From contig JBIQIY010000021.1 of NCBI GenBank assembly GCA_044507775.1, positions 22,766 to 86,765 on the forward strand: a stretch of 64,000 nucleotides of DNA, in the 5' to 3' direction. The notes below the pieces were generated by a model, which was not told the origin of the DNA, did not search any database, and was given only the letters and a program-made list of their open reading frames with translations. The DNA is from Flammeovirgaceae bacterium. Lineage in GTDB: Bacteria > Bacteroidota > Bacteroidia > Cytophagales > Cyclobacteriaceae. The stretch's first letter is position 1; each line of letters starts with the position of its first letter. Made by a program: the position numbers and the translations under genes. Positions 49,702 to 59,214 of this stretch are shown here, in pieces.

Positions 49702-52011
49702 ATGTCGCTATTTCCCCGAATTTTCAACATCCTGTCCAAACTGTTGAAAGCTCTCTGGCTTTTCATCGCCGGGTTTATCGCTGTCGGGATGATCTACTAC
49801 CTGCTGACGGGCGTGGAGCAGGGGATCGATGTTGTCATCCAGAGCGGCGAGCTTCTGGACTCCGGCATACTGAGCATCCTTGCCGTATTCCTTTGGTCAT
49901 TCCTGGTGTGGTACAGCAGTCGCACACTGAGTTACATCAAGCAGCACAAGGATGACGAGATCTTTTCCAAAAAGGCATCGGACGATGTCACATCCGAGAT
50001 GCTATATCACAAGTATTGTATACCGTCGGTTTTCTATCAGCACATTCCGCGGATGTTGGCGTACAATTGTTTTGTCAGTATCCAGGTGGCCATATTTCAT
50101 CTGCCCACATTCCTGGGTTGGTCTGCGTTGGCGATGATCCTCGTTATCGCGGCACACAACGTGTTTTACTTTATGCTGCACGAGTGGCTTTCGGGCTCGC
50201 GACACCGGCGATTCTACAGCTTCGTCAATCCGTTGATCATTGCGGCGTATGTGGCATTCCTGGTTTACCGGCTACTTATTGCGGGAGACAATACCGATGT
50301 GATTCACGACCCGATGCGGCACCGGTTTTGGCTGAGTATTATTGCGCTGTCAATGTTTTTGCTTCAGGTCGTCATCGTGTTCCTGTTCATCATTCGTCGG
50401 AAGAGTATCGATGCTCGGCGGAATGATCCTTCACTCAGGCACTCGCGTGTGCTGGCGCTTCTGGGTTTCAATCCCGCCTACAATGCCGCCGAGGCGCCGT
50501 ATTTCAACTTGCTCAATGGCGTGGCGGCGGTGGCACTTGTCTTTTATTTGTTGGCGATCTTTGTAATGCCTTTTTCGGAACTCATGGGTCCGATGGCGCT
50601 TGCGTTGCTCGCGTTGGGAATTCTGGCGGGGCTTGCCAACCTGGTCACACTCGTGAGCATCCGGAGTTCGTTCAACGTATCGATCATCCTTGTTGCCCTG
50701 GCCATGTTGTTCGGCCATTGGCGCGATCCATACCCCGTCCGGCTGTTGCCTGCGCAACACGCGGAGAGTTTCGGCAGCCGGCCGTCGACACCTGGTTATT
50801 TCAGCAAATGGTTTGAGCGAAGGATGCCGCTGATCGCCGCGGCGGATTCATCCCAAAAATTTCCCGTGTACATTGTACTGGCCAATGGGGGCGCCTCGCG
50901 CGCGGGCAAGTGGACGAGCAGTGTACTGAGTCATCTCCAGGATACGAGCTTTCAGGTGAATCCGTCAGACAGCTTCAAAGATCACGTGCTATGCATTGCC
51001 GGGGCATCGGGAGGATCGGTAGGCAACTGCGCGTTTTACAGTTTGCTGAAAGCGGAACACGCCGGTGACATACACGGAGATGAATTCCGCGTGCATGCGG
51101 ATACATTTTTTGAATCCGACTTTCTTACGTATACACTCGCGCGCTTGCTCGGCCCGGATATGTTCCGGCATCTGGTACCCTTCAACATTGCATTGGACAA
51201 CCGCGCCGATGCGCTAGAGAAAGTGATCGAGTCCGGTTCGCGGGATACATTGCTGGGCAGTTATTTCGGAAAGCCTGTTACCGAAGTGTTTGACACCACG
51301 GGCGCGTTGCCGATCCTGCTCATCAATACCACGCAGGTTGATAATGGGATGCCTGGAGTCATCAGCACCGTGAAGCTCCCGAGGCATTCACAGCGCCAGG
51401 ATGTACTGAGTCTTGTTGACAGCATCAGCGCGCACGGCGGCTCCGGCGATCTACGCCTCAGCACGGCAGCGGTTCTCAGCTCGAGGTTTCCGTACGTTTC
51501 TCCCGCGGGAAAAGTCTTCGATCGCTATTACGTCGACGGTGGTTATTTCGACAACTCGGGCGCCGGCACCGTGCTTGAGTTCATCCAGGCGCTGAACGAG
51601 TTTTTGTCCGACAGCACGCAGTCGGAGATCATCCGTTACCGCGACCGGCTCACCTTTCACATCGTCCACATCACGAACTCCGAAGTGCTTCAACTTCCTT
51701 CACGCGATATCCATCCTCTGACGAACGATTTACTCGCACCCATCTTAACGCTGGCGGGTATGCAAGGCTCGAGCACCAGCATCGGCAACGGCATGCTCGT
51801 GAACGCTTTCACCCAGTTTAACACAGACACCACGAATGCGATGATTGTTTACAGTCTCTACGATGAAAGTTGGGATCTTGCGAAAAACACAGGTGAGTAC
51901 GAGGAGGGATATCCTATGAGCTGGGCGCTTTCGGATTATCAGCTTGACAGGATGGATCGGGCGTTGAAGCGCGCGAATGAACGGAATCTTGGGAAGCTGG
52001 TTGGACGTTAG
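49702..52011 (+). CDS. Polytopic membrane protein with a C-terminal patatin-like phospholipase domain
   Basis: About 8-9 N-terminal TMs; GGASRAG, GASGG nucleophile elbow and YVDGGYFDNSG. Confidence 0.85.
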   Translation: MSLFPRIFNILSKLLKALWLFIAGFIAVGMIYYLLTGVEQGIDVVIQSGELLDSGILSILAVFLWSFLVWYSSRTLSYIKQHKDDEIFSKKASDDVTSEMLYHKYCIPSVFYQHIPRMLAYNCFVSIQVAIFHLPTFLGWSALAMILVIAAHNVFYFMLHEWLSGSRHRRFYSFVNPLIIAAYVAFLVYRLLIAGDNTDVIHDPMRHRFWLSIIALSMFLLQVVIVFLFIIRRKSIDARRNDPSLRHSRVLALLGFNPAYNAAEAPYFNLLNGVAAVALVFYLLAIFVMPFSELMGPMALALLALGILAGLANLVTLVSIRSSFNVSIILVALAMLFGHWRDPYPVRLLPAQHAESFGSRPSTPGYFSKWFERRMPLIAAADSSQKFPVYIVLANGGASRAGKWTSSVLSHLQDTSFQVNPSDSFKDHVLCIAGASGGSVGNCAFYSLLKAEHAGDIHGDEFRVHADTFFESDFLTYTLARLLGPDMFRHLVPFNIALDNRADALEKVIESGSRDTLLGSYFGKPVTEVFDTTGALPILLINTTQVDNGMPGVISTVKLPRHSQRQDVLSLVDSISAHGGSGDLRLSTAAVLSSRFPYVSPAGKVFDRYYVDGGYFDNSGAGTVLEFIQALNEFLSDSTQSEIIRYRDRLTFHIVHITNSEVLQLPSRDIHPLTNDLLAPILTLAGMQGSSTSIGNGMLVNAFTQFNTDTTNAMIVYSLYDESWDLAKNTGEYEEGYPMSWALSDYQLDRMDRALKRANERNLGKLVGR

Positions 52012-52032
52012 TCATTAGGTGAGTCGTTATTC

Positions 52033-53165
52033 GTGAGACGTGAGACGTGAGACGTGAGCCTGCCTGCCTGTCGGACCGCGCGCGGGCAGGCAGGTGGTGA
52101 GTGGTGAGTTGTGAGTGGTGAGTTGTGAGTGATTCTATGTAAGCTCTGCATTTTAGTCCTGGAAGGGGTGAGACGCTGTGTTTAGGTTTGCTAATCGCAA
52201 ACCCGCTTGCCCGACGAAGCTAGCGCGAGGACAAGCGTTGGCGAGCGTAGTTGGTGCCTGCCCGACGAAGCCTGCGAGGGAGAAGAGGGGTGGAGGGTGA
52301 ATCGTGAGTGGTGAGTTGTGAGTAGTGAGTAGTGAGTAGTGAGTTGTGAGTGGTGAGTTGTGAGTGATTCTATGTAAGCTCTGCACTTTAGTCCTGGAAG
52401 GGGTGAGACGCTGTGTTTAGGTGAGCTGATCGCAAACCCGCTTGCCCGACGAAGCTAGCGCGGGGATATGCACTGATGAGCGTAGTTGGTGCCTGCCCGA
52501 CGAAGCTAGCGCGGGGATATGCGCTGATGAGCGTAGTTGGTGCCTGCCCGACGAAGCTAGCGCGAGGACAAGCGTTGGCGAGCGCAGTTGGTGCCTGCCC
52601 GACGAAGCCTGCGAGGGAGAAGGGGGTGAGGGGTGAATCGTGAGTGGTGAGTGGTGAGTTGTGAGTAGTGAGTTGTGAGTGATTCCATGTAAGCTCTGCA
52701 CTTTAGTCCTGGAAGGGGTGAGACGCTGTGTTTAGGTGAGCTGATCGCAAACCCGCTTGCCCGACGAAGCTAGCGCGGGGATATGCACTGATGAGCGTAG
52801 TTGGTGCCTGCCCGACGAAGCCTGCGAGGGAGAAGAGGGGTGGAGGGTGAGTGGTGAGTGGTGAGTGGTGAGTTGTGAGTAGTGAGTGGTGAGTTGTGAG
52901 TTGTGAGTAGTGAGTGGTGAGTTGTGAGTGATTCCATGTAAGCTCTGCATTTTTAGTCCTGGAAGGGGTGAGATGCTGTGTTCAGGTTTGCTATCGCAAA
53001 CCCGCTTGCCCGGGGAAGCTTGCGCCGGGATATGCGCTGATGAGCGTAGTTGGTGCGTGTCCGACGAAGCTAGCGCGGGGACAAGCGTTGGCGAGCGCAG
53101 TCTGGCCTGCCCAACGAAGCTGGCGCGAGGATAAGGGTTGGTGAGTGCAGTCGGGCCTTGCCCTA
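52033..53165. repeat. Hierarchical mosaic repeat array: 4 x [heptamer tract + 78 bp core + 1-3 x 51 bp hairpin module +/- terminal module]
   Basis: Cores at 52131, 52366, 52681 and 52930 (each 78 bp); 51 bp modules at 52209, 52444, 52495, 52546, 52759 and degenerate copies at 53008-53158; terminal modules at 52260, 52597 and 52810. Confidence 0.92.
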
Positions 53166-53246
53166 CGTACCTTTTCGAGTTGTGAGCGTTGGATTCAGAA
53201 CTTGAACTTCACAATAAACTGGAGGGTCATTCTGACGAGTCTCAAT

Positions 53247-53408
53247 AAAGCCCTGAAAGGGCGGGAGATAACAGCCCAGGGTGACGAGCCCGAACCATAT
53301 TGAGCTTGGCTGTCTCACAAAGCCGGCGTGGAAAAACAGGAATCCGAAGCGCACGGGCGAGGAGCCCTGGGTCAAAGGCGATGAAAAACCGAAAGCCCTG
53401 AAAGGGCG
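53247..53408. repeat. REP-like doublet GCCCTGAAAGGGC flanking a split CCCAGGG/CCCTGGG palindrome
   Basis: AAAGCCCTGAAAGGGCG at 53247 and 53392; AGCCCAGGG at 53273 and CCCTGGG at 53365. Confidence 0.7.
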
Positions 53409-53534
53409 TAATACGAGCCGCGGGACGTGCGGGTGGATTACGTGCCGTAACAATCCCATCAACGAAGTCCGTGGATTAAATGCAACCATCCAATTTCTTT
53501 ATATTTTAGCAAATTAAGTACCGCAAGCTTCCAG

Positions 53535-54482
53535 ATGGCAAATCCCGAGGTGTCCTTCATTATTCCCGTCTACAATGAGGTGGAAGTATTTTCTCTGCTT
53601 GTGGAAAGGATGGATGCGCTGGCGTCGCGAATGACCGAAAGCTGCGAAGTGATTCTCGTGGACGACGGCAGCACCGATGGTACGTCACTCCTCATGGAAA
53701 CCCTGGCGCTAAAGGATCCAAAATATCAATGTATTTTTCTCTCCCGGAACTTCGGCCAACAAAAGGCCCTGGGAGTAGGTTTGGATTTTGCGCGAGGCGA
53801 GTACATCATGCTGCTGGATGCTGACCTCCAGGATCCACCGGAACTGTTCTTTCAGTTTCTGTCGAAAATAAAGGAGGGTTACGATGTTGTTTACGGCGTC
53901 AGAAAGGGACGCAAGGAGGGATTATTAAAAAGAGGATCTTATAATTTTTTTTATAGGTTTCTTAACCATATATCCAACTACCCCATCCCAAAACACGCGG
54001 GTGATTTTGGAATGATAACACGTCGCGTTGCGAAAGCCATAAACCTGAACCGCGAAGAGAGCCGGTTCCTTCGCGGAATTCGAAGTTGGGTAGGATTCAA
54101 TCAAACCGGGCTGGAATACGAAAGACGTGGACGCGCGGCCGGAAGCGCCAAGTATTCGCTTGACAAACTTATCAAGCTCGCACTGGATGGCATCTTTAAT
54201 TTTACGACGATACCCATCAAAGTGCTGATCCTGCTGGGCATACTGTGCATCAGCGCTTCAGGAATCTATTTTATCGTGACGGTTGTCAGGAAGTATGTCT
54301 ACCATGACGTTCCAACGGGTTTTACCGCACTGTTGTTTGTCATCATCCTGTTTGGAGGCTTCCAATTTCTTTCCTTGGGGATTATAGGTGAATACATCCA
54401 GAGAATTTTTTTCCAGGTCAAACAGCGACCCTTGTATGTAATCAAAAAGAAAATAGTGAACGGGGTAACAATTCATGAGTAG
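53535..54482 (+). CDS. GT2 polyprenol-phosphate glycosyltransferase (GtrB/ArnC-like)
   Basis: SFIIPVYNE, ILVDDGSTD, LSRNFGQQ, DADLQDPPE, AGDFG, two C-terminal TMs, IIGEYIQRIF. Confidence 0.92.
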   Translation: MANPEVSFIIPVYNEVEVFSLLVERMDALASRMTESCEVILVDDGSTDGTSLLMETLALKDPKYQCIFLSRNFGQQKALGVGLDFARGEYIMLLDADLQDPPELFFQFLSKIKEGYDVVYGVRKGRKEGLLKRGSYNFFYRFLNHISNYPIPKHAGDFGMITRRVAKAINLNREESRFLRGIRSWVGFNQTGLEYERRGRAAGSAKYSLDKLIKLALDGIFNFTTIPIKVLILLGILCISASGIYFIVTVVRKYVYHDVPTGFTALLFVIILFGGFQFLSLGIIGEYIQRIFFQVKQRPLYVIKKKIVNGVTIHE

Positions 54483-55269
54483 GGGGATTATCACCATATC
54501 AAGTCCCGAAAAAGTGGATATGGCAGATGACTGGTATTTGTATGCCACGCTGAAGCATTTTTGGATCCGGGGCAGGTTTCGGGCAACCATGCGGAACCGC
54601 GCTCTTCGCGACCTGAAGGCGGCGCGCATTCTGGAAATAGGATGTGGAAATGGTCTGGTCATTCAGCAGTTTGAGAAACAACCGAACATAGTTGTCGATG
54701 GATCGGATCTAAACATGTTTGCGCTTGAGAAGGTTGGAGCGATTAAAGGAAGTCTGTATTGTCTGAATATCTTCGATAAGCCAGCCGAACTACTGAATAG
54801 ATATGACGCCGTTCTGTTAATGGATGTCATCGAGCATATCGACGACGACGCGGAATTCTTGCGGGCGGGAACGAACTACCTGAAGCCCGGCGGACTGGTG
54901 GTCATAAATGTTCCGGCATTGAACACACTTTTCAGCAAGTATGACGTCGCAGTTGGGCATAAGAGAAGGTATGATAAAAAAATGATCCGAAAACTATTTG
55001 CTCTATGCGACATTGAGGAGGTAAGTGTTCGGTATTGGGGATTTACGCTTCTTCCGGTTGCCATTCTTCGGAACGTTATATTGAAATTCACAAATGAGGA
55101 CCGGGTTATTTCGACCGGCTTCCGCCCCCCGAATAGCGTATTAAACTGGCTCATGGATAAAGTTTTCGCGCTCGAGAGCGCCGTGCTGCCATCTCCGGTT
55201 CTCGGAACATCCATCATTGCCATCGGACGGTATGCGCCTGGCAGGCGGGACACAAAAACAGCCAAATGA
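54475..55269 (+). CDS. Class I SAM-dependent methyltransferase
   Basis: HFWIRGR, ILEIGCGNG, LMDVIEHIDDD, LKPGG, NVPA, DVAVGHKRRY. Confidence 0.88.
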   Translation: MSRGIITISSPEKVDMADDWYLYATLKHFWIRGRFRATMRNRALRDLKAARILEIGCGNGLVIQQFEKQPNIVVDGSDLNMFALEKVGAIKGSLYCLNIFDKPAELLNRYDAVLLMDVIEHIDDDAEFLRAGTNYLKPGGLVVINVPALNTLFSKYDVAVGHKRRYDKKMIRKLFALCDIEEVSVRYWGFTLLPVAILRNVILKFTNEDRVISTGFRPPNSVLNWLMDKVFALESAVLPSPVLGTSIIAIGRYAPGRRDTKTAK

Positions 55270-56420
55270 AGAAACTTGTTGACCGATTTTATTTGGGTGT
55301 AGAAAATTTTGGCAAACGGAAGAACATTATCCGTTTGCTTCCTGTCTTTCTGGTGGCGATATCGTTGTTCGGAGCGTTTCCTTCTTATGATATTGCGCAC
55401 TCTTCCGAGTTCGCTGAGAACTGGGAGAGCGTCCTCGTTCAAACCGAGAACCCTTTCGTTCCCCAGGATTATGCTCCGGTCTCGCACGCGGCGAATATTT
55501 CCTTTCGGCTTGCGCCAGCTCTGTTTGGGAAGGCTTTGGGGATAACTTCCATAACCGGATATCTCGTACTGCAATTTATCGGACTAGTGTTTCTTTTTTT
55601 TCTTACAACCGCGTTGTTTCAGCGGGTAGTCGGCGACGGTCCCGAATTCGTGCTATTAAGCAGTTCCATGGCGTTCGTTTTCACGGGAAATGTACTTTGC
55701 TCGGATTACCGTGGTTTTTTTGATGTGTTCGCCTATACATTCATGATTGTGGCAATGCTTTCGAGGTTGCCGTTGGTAATTTTTGCAAGTGCGTTACTCG
55801 CGTTTTTTACAGATGAGCGGGCCCTTATAGCTTCATCGTTGATTTATCTTTTCTTCGTAATTGAGAGGGATTACTCTGCGCAACGAGCCATTAGCATAAA
55901 GGATTTTTTGAATCTCAATTCCAGAATGTGGGCTTTGGCCATTTCATGGATTGCATACTTTTCGATAAGGTTTGCGCTGGGTTATTTTGTTGGCTTGCGG
56001 ACAAATGTCGAAGGCATGATGGATTTCTTTTTGAACCACTCGCTCGGAAATATCAATTCGGCGCCGTTCGGCATCTGGAGCGGACTTGAAGGTTTCTGGG
56101 TAATTGTCGGCGTGTCGCATTTGTGCCTGGTTCTTCAAAGGCGATGGTCGCTGTTGTTTATTTACTCGGCGGTAGTTCTGGTGGTTGTGCTTGCGGCACT
56201 ATGGACTTTTGACATCACGCGAAGTATGGCTTACCTGACGCCGGCGATCTTTATCTCCTGTTATGTGCTATACCGGTCTGAAACACCGCGCGTGATCCGA
56301 TATGTTGTGCTTGTCAGTTTTATATTGTGTCTGTTTCCAACCTACTATGCGGGAGGGGCGAATACCATTATGTGGTTATATCCTTTGCCGTTGCAGATTC
56401 TTCGGATGTTGTTGATGTAG
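55266..56420 (+). CDS. Polytopic membrane protein, candidate GT-C-fold glycosyltransferase
   Basis: About 9-10 TMs, FTDERA acidic motif, ATGA coupling to the methyltransferase in a GT2 operon. Confidence 0.6.
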   Translation: MKKLVDRFYLGVENFGKRKNIIRLLPVFLVAISLFGAFPSYDIAHSSEFAENWESVLVQTENPFVPQDYAPVSHAANISFRLAPALFGKALGITSITGYLVLQFIGLVFLFFLTTALFQRVVGDGPEFVLLSSSMAFVFTGNVLCSDYRGFFDVFAYTFMIVAMLSRLPLVIFASALLAFFTDERALIASSLIYLFFVIERDYSAQRAISIKDFLNLNSRMWALAISWIAYFSIRFALGYFVGLRTNVEGMMDFFLNHSLGNINSAPFGIWSGLEGFWVIVGVSHLCLVLQRRWSLLFIYSAVVLVVVLAALWTFDITRSMAYLTPAIFISCYVLYRSETPRVIRYVVLVSFILCLFPTYYAGGANTIMWLYPLPLQILRMLLM

Positions 56421-56510
56421 TGCATGAAGGCTTATTATAGTTTTTCTTGTTGCGCTTTCAAGGATTGCTCCGGTGACAGGCCAGAAGATTCCAGAAAAAA
56501 GCGATCCCGT

Positions 56511-56736
56511 TTCGAGGGAATGCTGTTGCGCGATGGAGACAATGGCACAGGACCGAAGGCCTATCTCAATTGCCTGTATGTTGACCGCAACCTCGTCTTG
56601 GCATCAAGAGGGTGTTCAGTTTTATCGGGAAAACTCGGCGGCATGGAAGCCTGATTATGAGCGCCAATTAAAGCAAGGTAAGGTTAAGAACGAAGCGGAA
56701 TATATTCAGAAGAAGGTCAATGGGTTTATGAATTAA
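56511..56736 (+). pseudogene. Chimeric RHS relic: 81 bp linker fragment fused to the last about 44 codons of a toxin tip
   Basis: 56511-56591 aligns with 58040-58120 (FEGML.RDGDNGTGPKAYLN.LY.DRN); another frame then ends ..EAEYIQKKVNGFMN* 5 bp before an immunity-like gene. Confidence 0.65.
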
Positions 56737-56741
56737 GAGTT

Positions 56742-57290
56742 ATGTGCAGAATTATTTTAATCGTCTTCGCGATAACACTTACGAACTGTGATTCACAAAA
56801 TAGCAGTTATTGGTTTAGAGAGGTTGATAAAGGAAATGTGACGCTCGTTCCTATTAGAATTAACAAGGGACATGTGGAAGGTGATTCATTTTACTTTGTC
56901 TACGTAAAGAAAAATCACGATACTACTCGCTTTGTGTTGTCGTCTAGCGAAGATGGGTTGAATTATTTTATTGAAGACAGCGACACAACGAGACTTGCAC
57001 TAAAGGATAAGCGAACCTATCATATTGGGAACAAAGAGCATGGGGTGTATAAGCTGTATGGAAATGAAAAGGAAGCAGATGGGTTACTTGTGTATTTTTG
57101 GTCTCCGGAGTTTGGAATTCTGCTCTCAAGCATCCCCAATTGGAAAGAAAGTAGATTATTGATTTGCAATGAAACGAAGGATGAGTGCGAGACCATACAA
57201 GCCTTGCAGCAGTTGATTACGACCGATTTTTTTTCTCTTGAGGTACCAAGAAGAGAAATCGATTTTGTTGAACCTAAGGTGGAAAACTAG
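56742..57290 (+). CDS. Putative orphan immunity lipoprotein
   Basis: Lipobox LTNC; AT-rich; follows the toxin-tip relic. Confidence 0.7.
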   Translation: MCRIILIVFAITLTNCDSQNSSYWFREVDKGNVTLVPIRINKGHVEGDSFYFVYVKKNHDTTRFVLSSSEDGLNYFIEDSDTTRLALKDKRTYHIGNKEHGVYKLYGNEKEADGLLVYFWSPEFGILLSSIPNWKESRLLICNETKDECETIQALQQLITTDFFSLEVPRREIDFVEPKVEN

Positions 57291-57342
57291 TTTTGTGGGA
57301 AACTTATTGAATTAATATTGTCTCTGAAAGAGGTAGCCAATC

Positions 57343-57653
57343 TCACTTCGCGTAAGCCTTTTTCGTTTTAAAATCCCTCAGCGCCATATCGATCATGTTA
57401 AGCAGGAAGTTCTTATTATCCTCTGGCAGTGACGAAATATCTTCCATTCTGCGCATGGTGTCGGCGTCGAGCACCATTTTAGTTTTACCGATCAGGTAGT
57501 CAACGGAAAATTCCAGGGCATCGACAATTTTTGCAACCGCCTCGATGGAAGGCGTGATATTACCATGTTCATACCGGCTGGTCACATGGCCAGATGTGCC
57601 GATCTTTTTTCCGCGCCTTGGCTTTCGACAAGCCTTTTTTTTTTGCGCAGTAA
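57343..57653 (-). pseudogene. XRE-family HTH regulator, 5'-truncated and frameshifted
   Basis: KKIGTSGHVTSRYEHGNITPSIEAVAKIVDALEFSVDYLIG..ISSLPEDNKNFLLNMIDMALRDFK; LRKKKGLS lies in a different frame across an A10 tract; no start codon. Confidence 0.78.
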
Positions 57654-59185
57654 CCTTTACAACAAAAGAGGAGACCGACGAAGCTACGGCCACGCTGGAA
57701 ACGGCGCAGGCCAGTGAAGAAGAGAGCGAGTTCCTGAACTATGACGAAGTGCGCAAGATAGACAGCCGGTTGTTCGACCATACGGATAACGGAACGACCC
57801 ATAATTCGGTCCGACTGATGGGAGGTAACAGCACGGAGGTCTATGGATTAGCCAGATCGATCAGTGTCATGCCAGGTGACAGGATAAACGCTGAAGTGCA
57901 CGTCAAATACCTGGATCCTGAACCTGCGAACTGGAGTACATGGTTGCTAGACGCCCTTGCATCCCTTACGGGGGTGCCTGATCCGGAAGGCACGTTTGTC
58001 GATGGCGGCGCTGTTGGTAATATAGACGGAGTCTTTCCATTCGAGGGAATGCTGGTGCGTGATGGAGACAATGGGACGGGGCCCAAGGCCTATCTCAATT
58101 ACCTTTATTTTGATCGCAACTATGAATTCATTACCGGTGGCTTCCGGCGGGTAAGTACAGCGGCGCGAGAAGATGGGGCGGGAGAAGATGAGGTCGAAGG
58201 CATTGACCACGAGCGCCTGTTTTTTGAAAACATCTCCATAACGGAGCCAGGATATGTATATATTTACCTGAGCAACGAGAATGAAAGTCCCGTTGAGGTG
58301 TTCTTTGATGACTTTAGTGTGGAGCATATCAAGTCGCCAGTGGTGCAGGTGGATGATTACTATCCGTTTGGTTTAACGTTCAACTCATATCAAAGGGACA
58401 ATTCTGTGGATCAGCGGTGGAAATTTCAGGGGCAAGAGCACCTTGATGATCTCGGGTTGAATTGGGATTCATTCAAGTGGAGAAATCATCAGCCCGATAT
58501 TGGAAGATTCTTTAATGTCGATCCCCTTGCTAATGAGTACGTTTATAATAGTCCCTACGCCTTTAGTGAGAACCACGTCACATCACATATTGAATTGGAA
58601 GGGTTGGAAAAATTAAGTATAAAAAACATCGACAACTCACCCGGTATCATCCAAGGACCTTGGGCAAACGTTGCTACGGCACTGGCATATGGTACCACAA
58701 ACACAACCCCTGAAGGTTTCATAAGGAGTTCAACAATGCGACAGAGCCGAGTTACAAAACTGGAGAAAGGAAATTTCAAAGGCCACCCTGAGGGCATTGT
58801 CCTACATCGTACCGTAAATAGTTCAACCGACGAGACAATTGATGTTTTCAATAGCAGAGGTTTTGGGACTCACTTTGTAGTTGGGCCCGATGGGGAAGTA
58901 ACCCAAACAGCCAGTTTGGATAGATGGACACAACACGTTGGTAAACCTAAGGCGGGAAATCCAGGAAAAAGGAGTTCGAACACCGTTGGAATTGAAGTCG
59001 TTGGAAATTATGATTATGCGACAGAAAAGTGGGATCCCCTTACTGAGGAACAGGTAATGTCTGTATCCAACTTAGTAAATACTTTATATAAAATGTATGG
59101 ACTTTCCTACTCCGATGTCTATGGTCACGAAGATCTCTCGGCTAAAAACGCCCGGCGAGGGTGCGGTCGTAAAGGAGGCAATTGA
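57650..59185 (+). pseudogene. Orphan RHS cassette 2 with Amidase_2-like (N-acetylmuramoyl-L-alanine amidase) tip
   Basis: Linker, DYYPFG..DIGRFFNVDPLA..ELEGLE core, then IVLHRT, THFVVGPDGEVTQ, QHVG, NTVGIEVVG, VYGHED; no genuine start. Confidence 0.85.
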
Positions 59186-59214
59186 GTCATGTATAGATAA
59201 TTGCAGTAACGAAG

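Noticed and set aside
49702-52011. Patatin as a CBASS/anti-phage effector
   Set aside because: No cyclase or other defence genes adjacent; the large multi-TM architecture differs from CapV-type effectors
52153-52950. Repeated minus-strand ORFs MQSLH(R/G)ITHNS..LTTHYS
   Set aside because: These are translations of heptamer tracts (LTTH periodicity); their lengths and frames vary with tract length, so there is no support for coding
52033-53165. CRISPR array
   Set aside because: The sequences between conserved blocks are themselves repeated (X/Y cargoes) rather than unique spacers; the 51 and 78 bp periods are irregular; no cas genes are in the window
53535-56420. Prophage serotype-conversion locus
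   Set aside because: No integrase, structural or other phage genes nearby
126-56420. Numerous long antisense or nested ORFs in the track (e.g. 633-1184, 21196-21969, 23251-24015, 35099-35689)
   Set aside because: They overlap confidently identified genes on the opposite strand or in other frames and have no family motifs, as expected in GC-rich coding DNA
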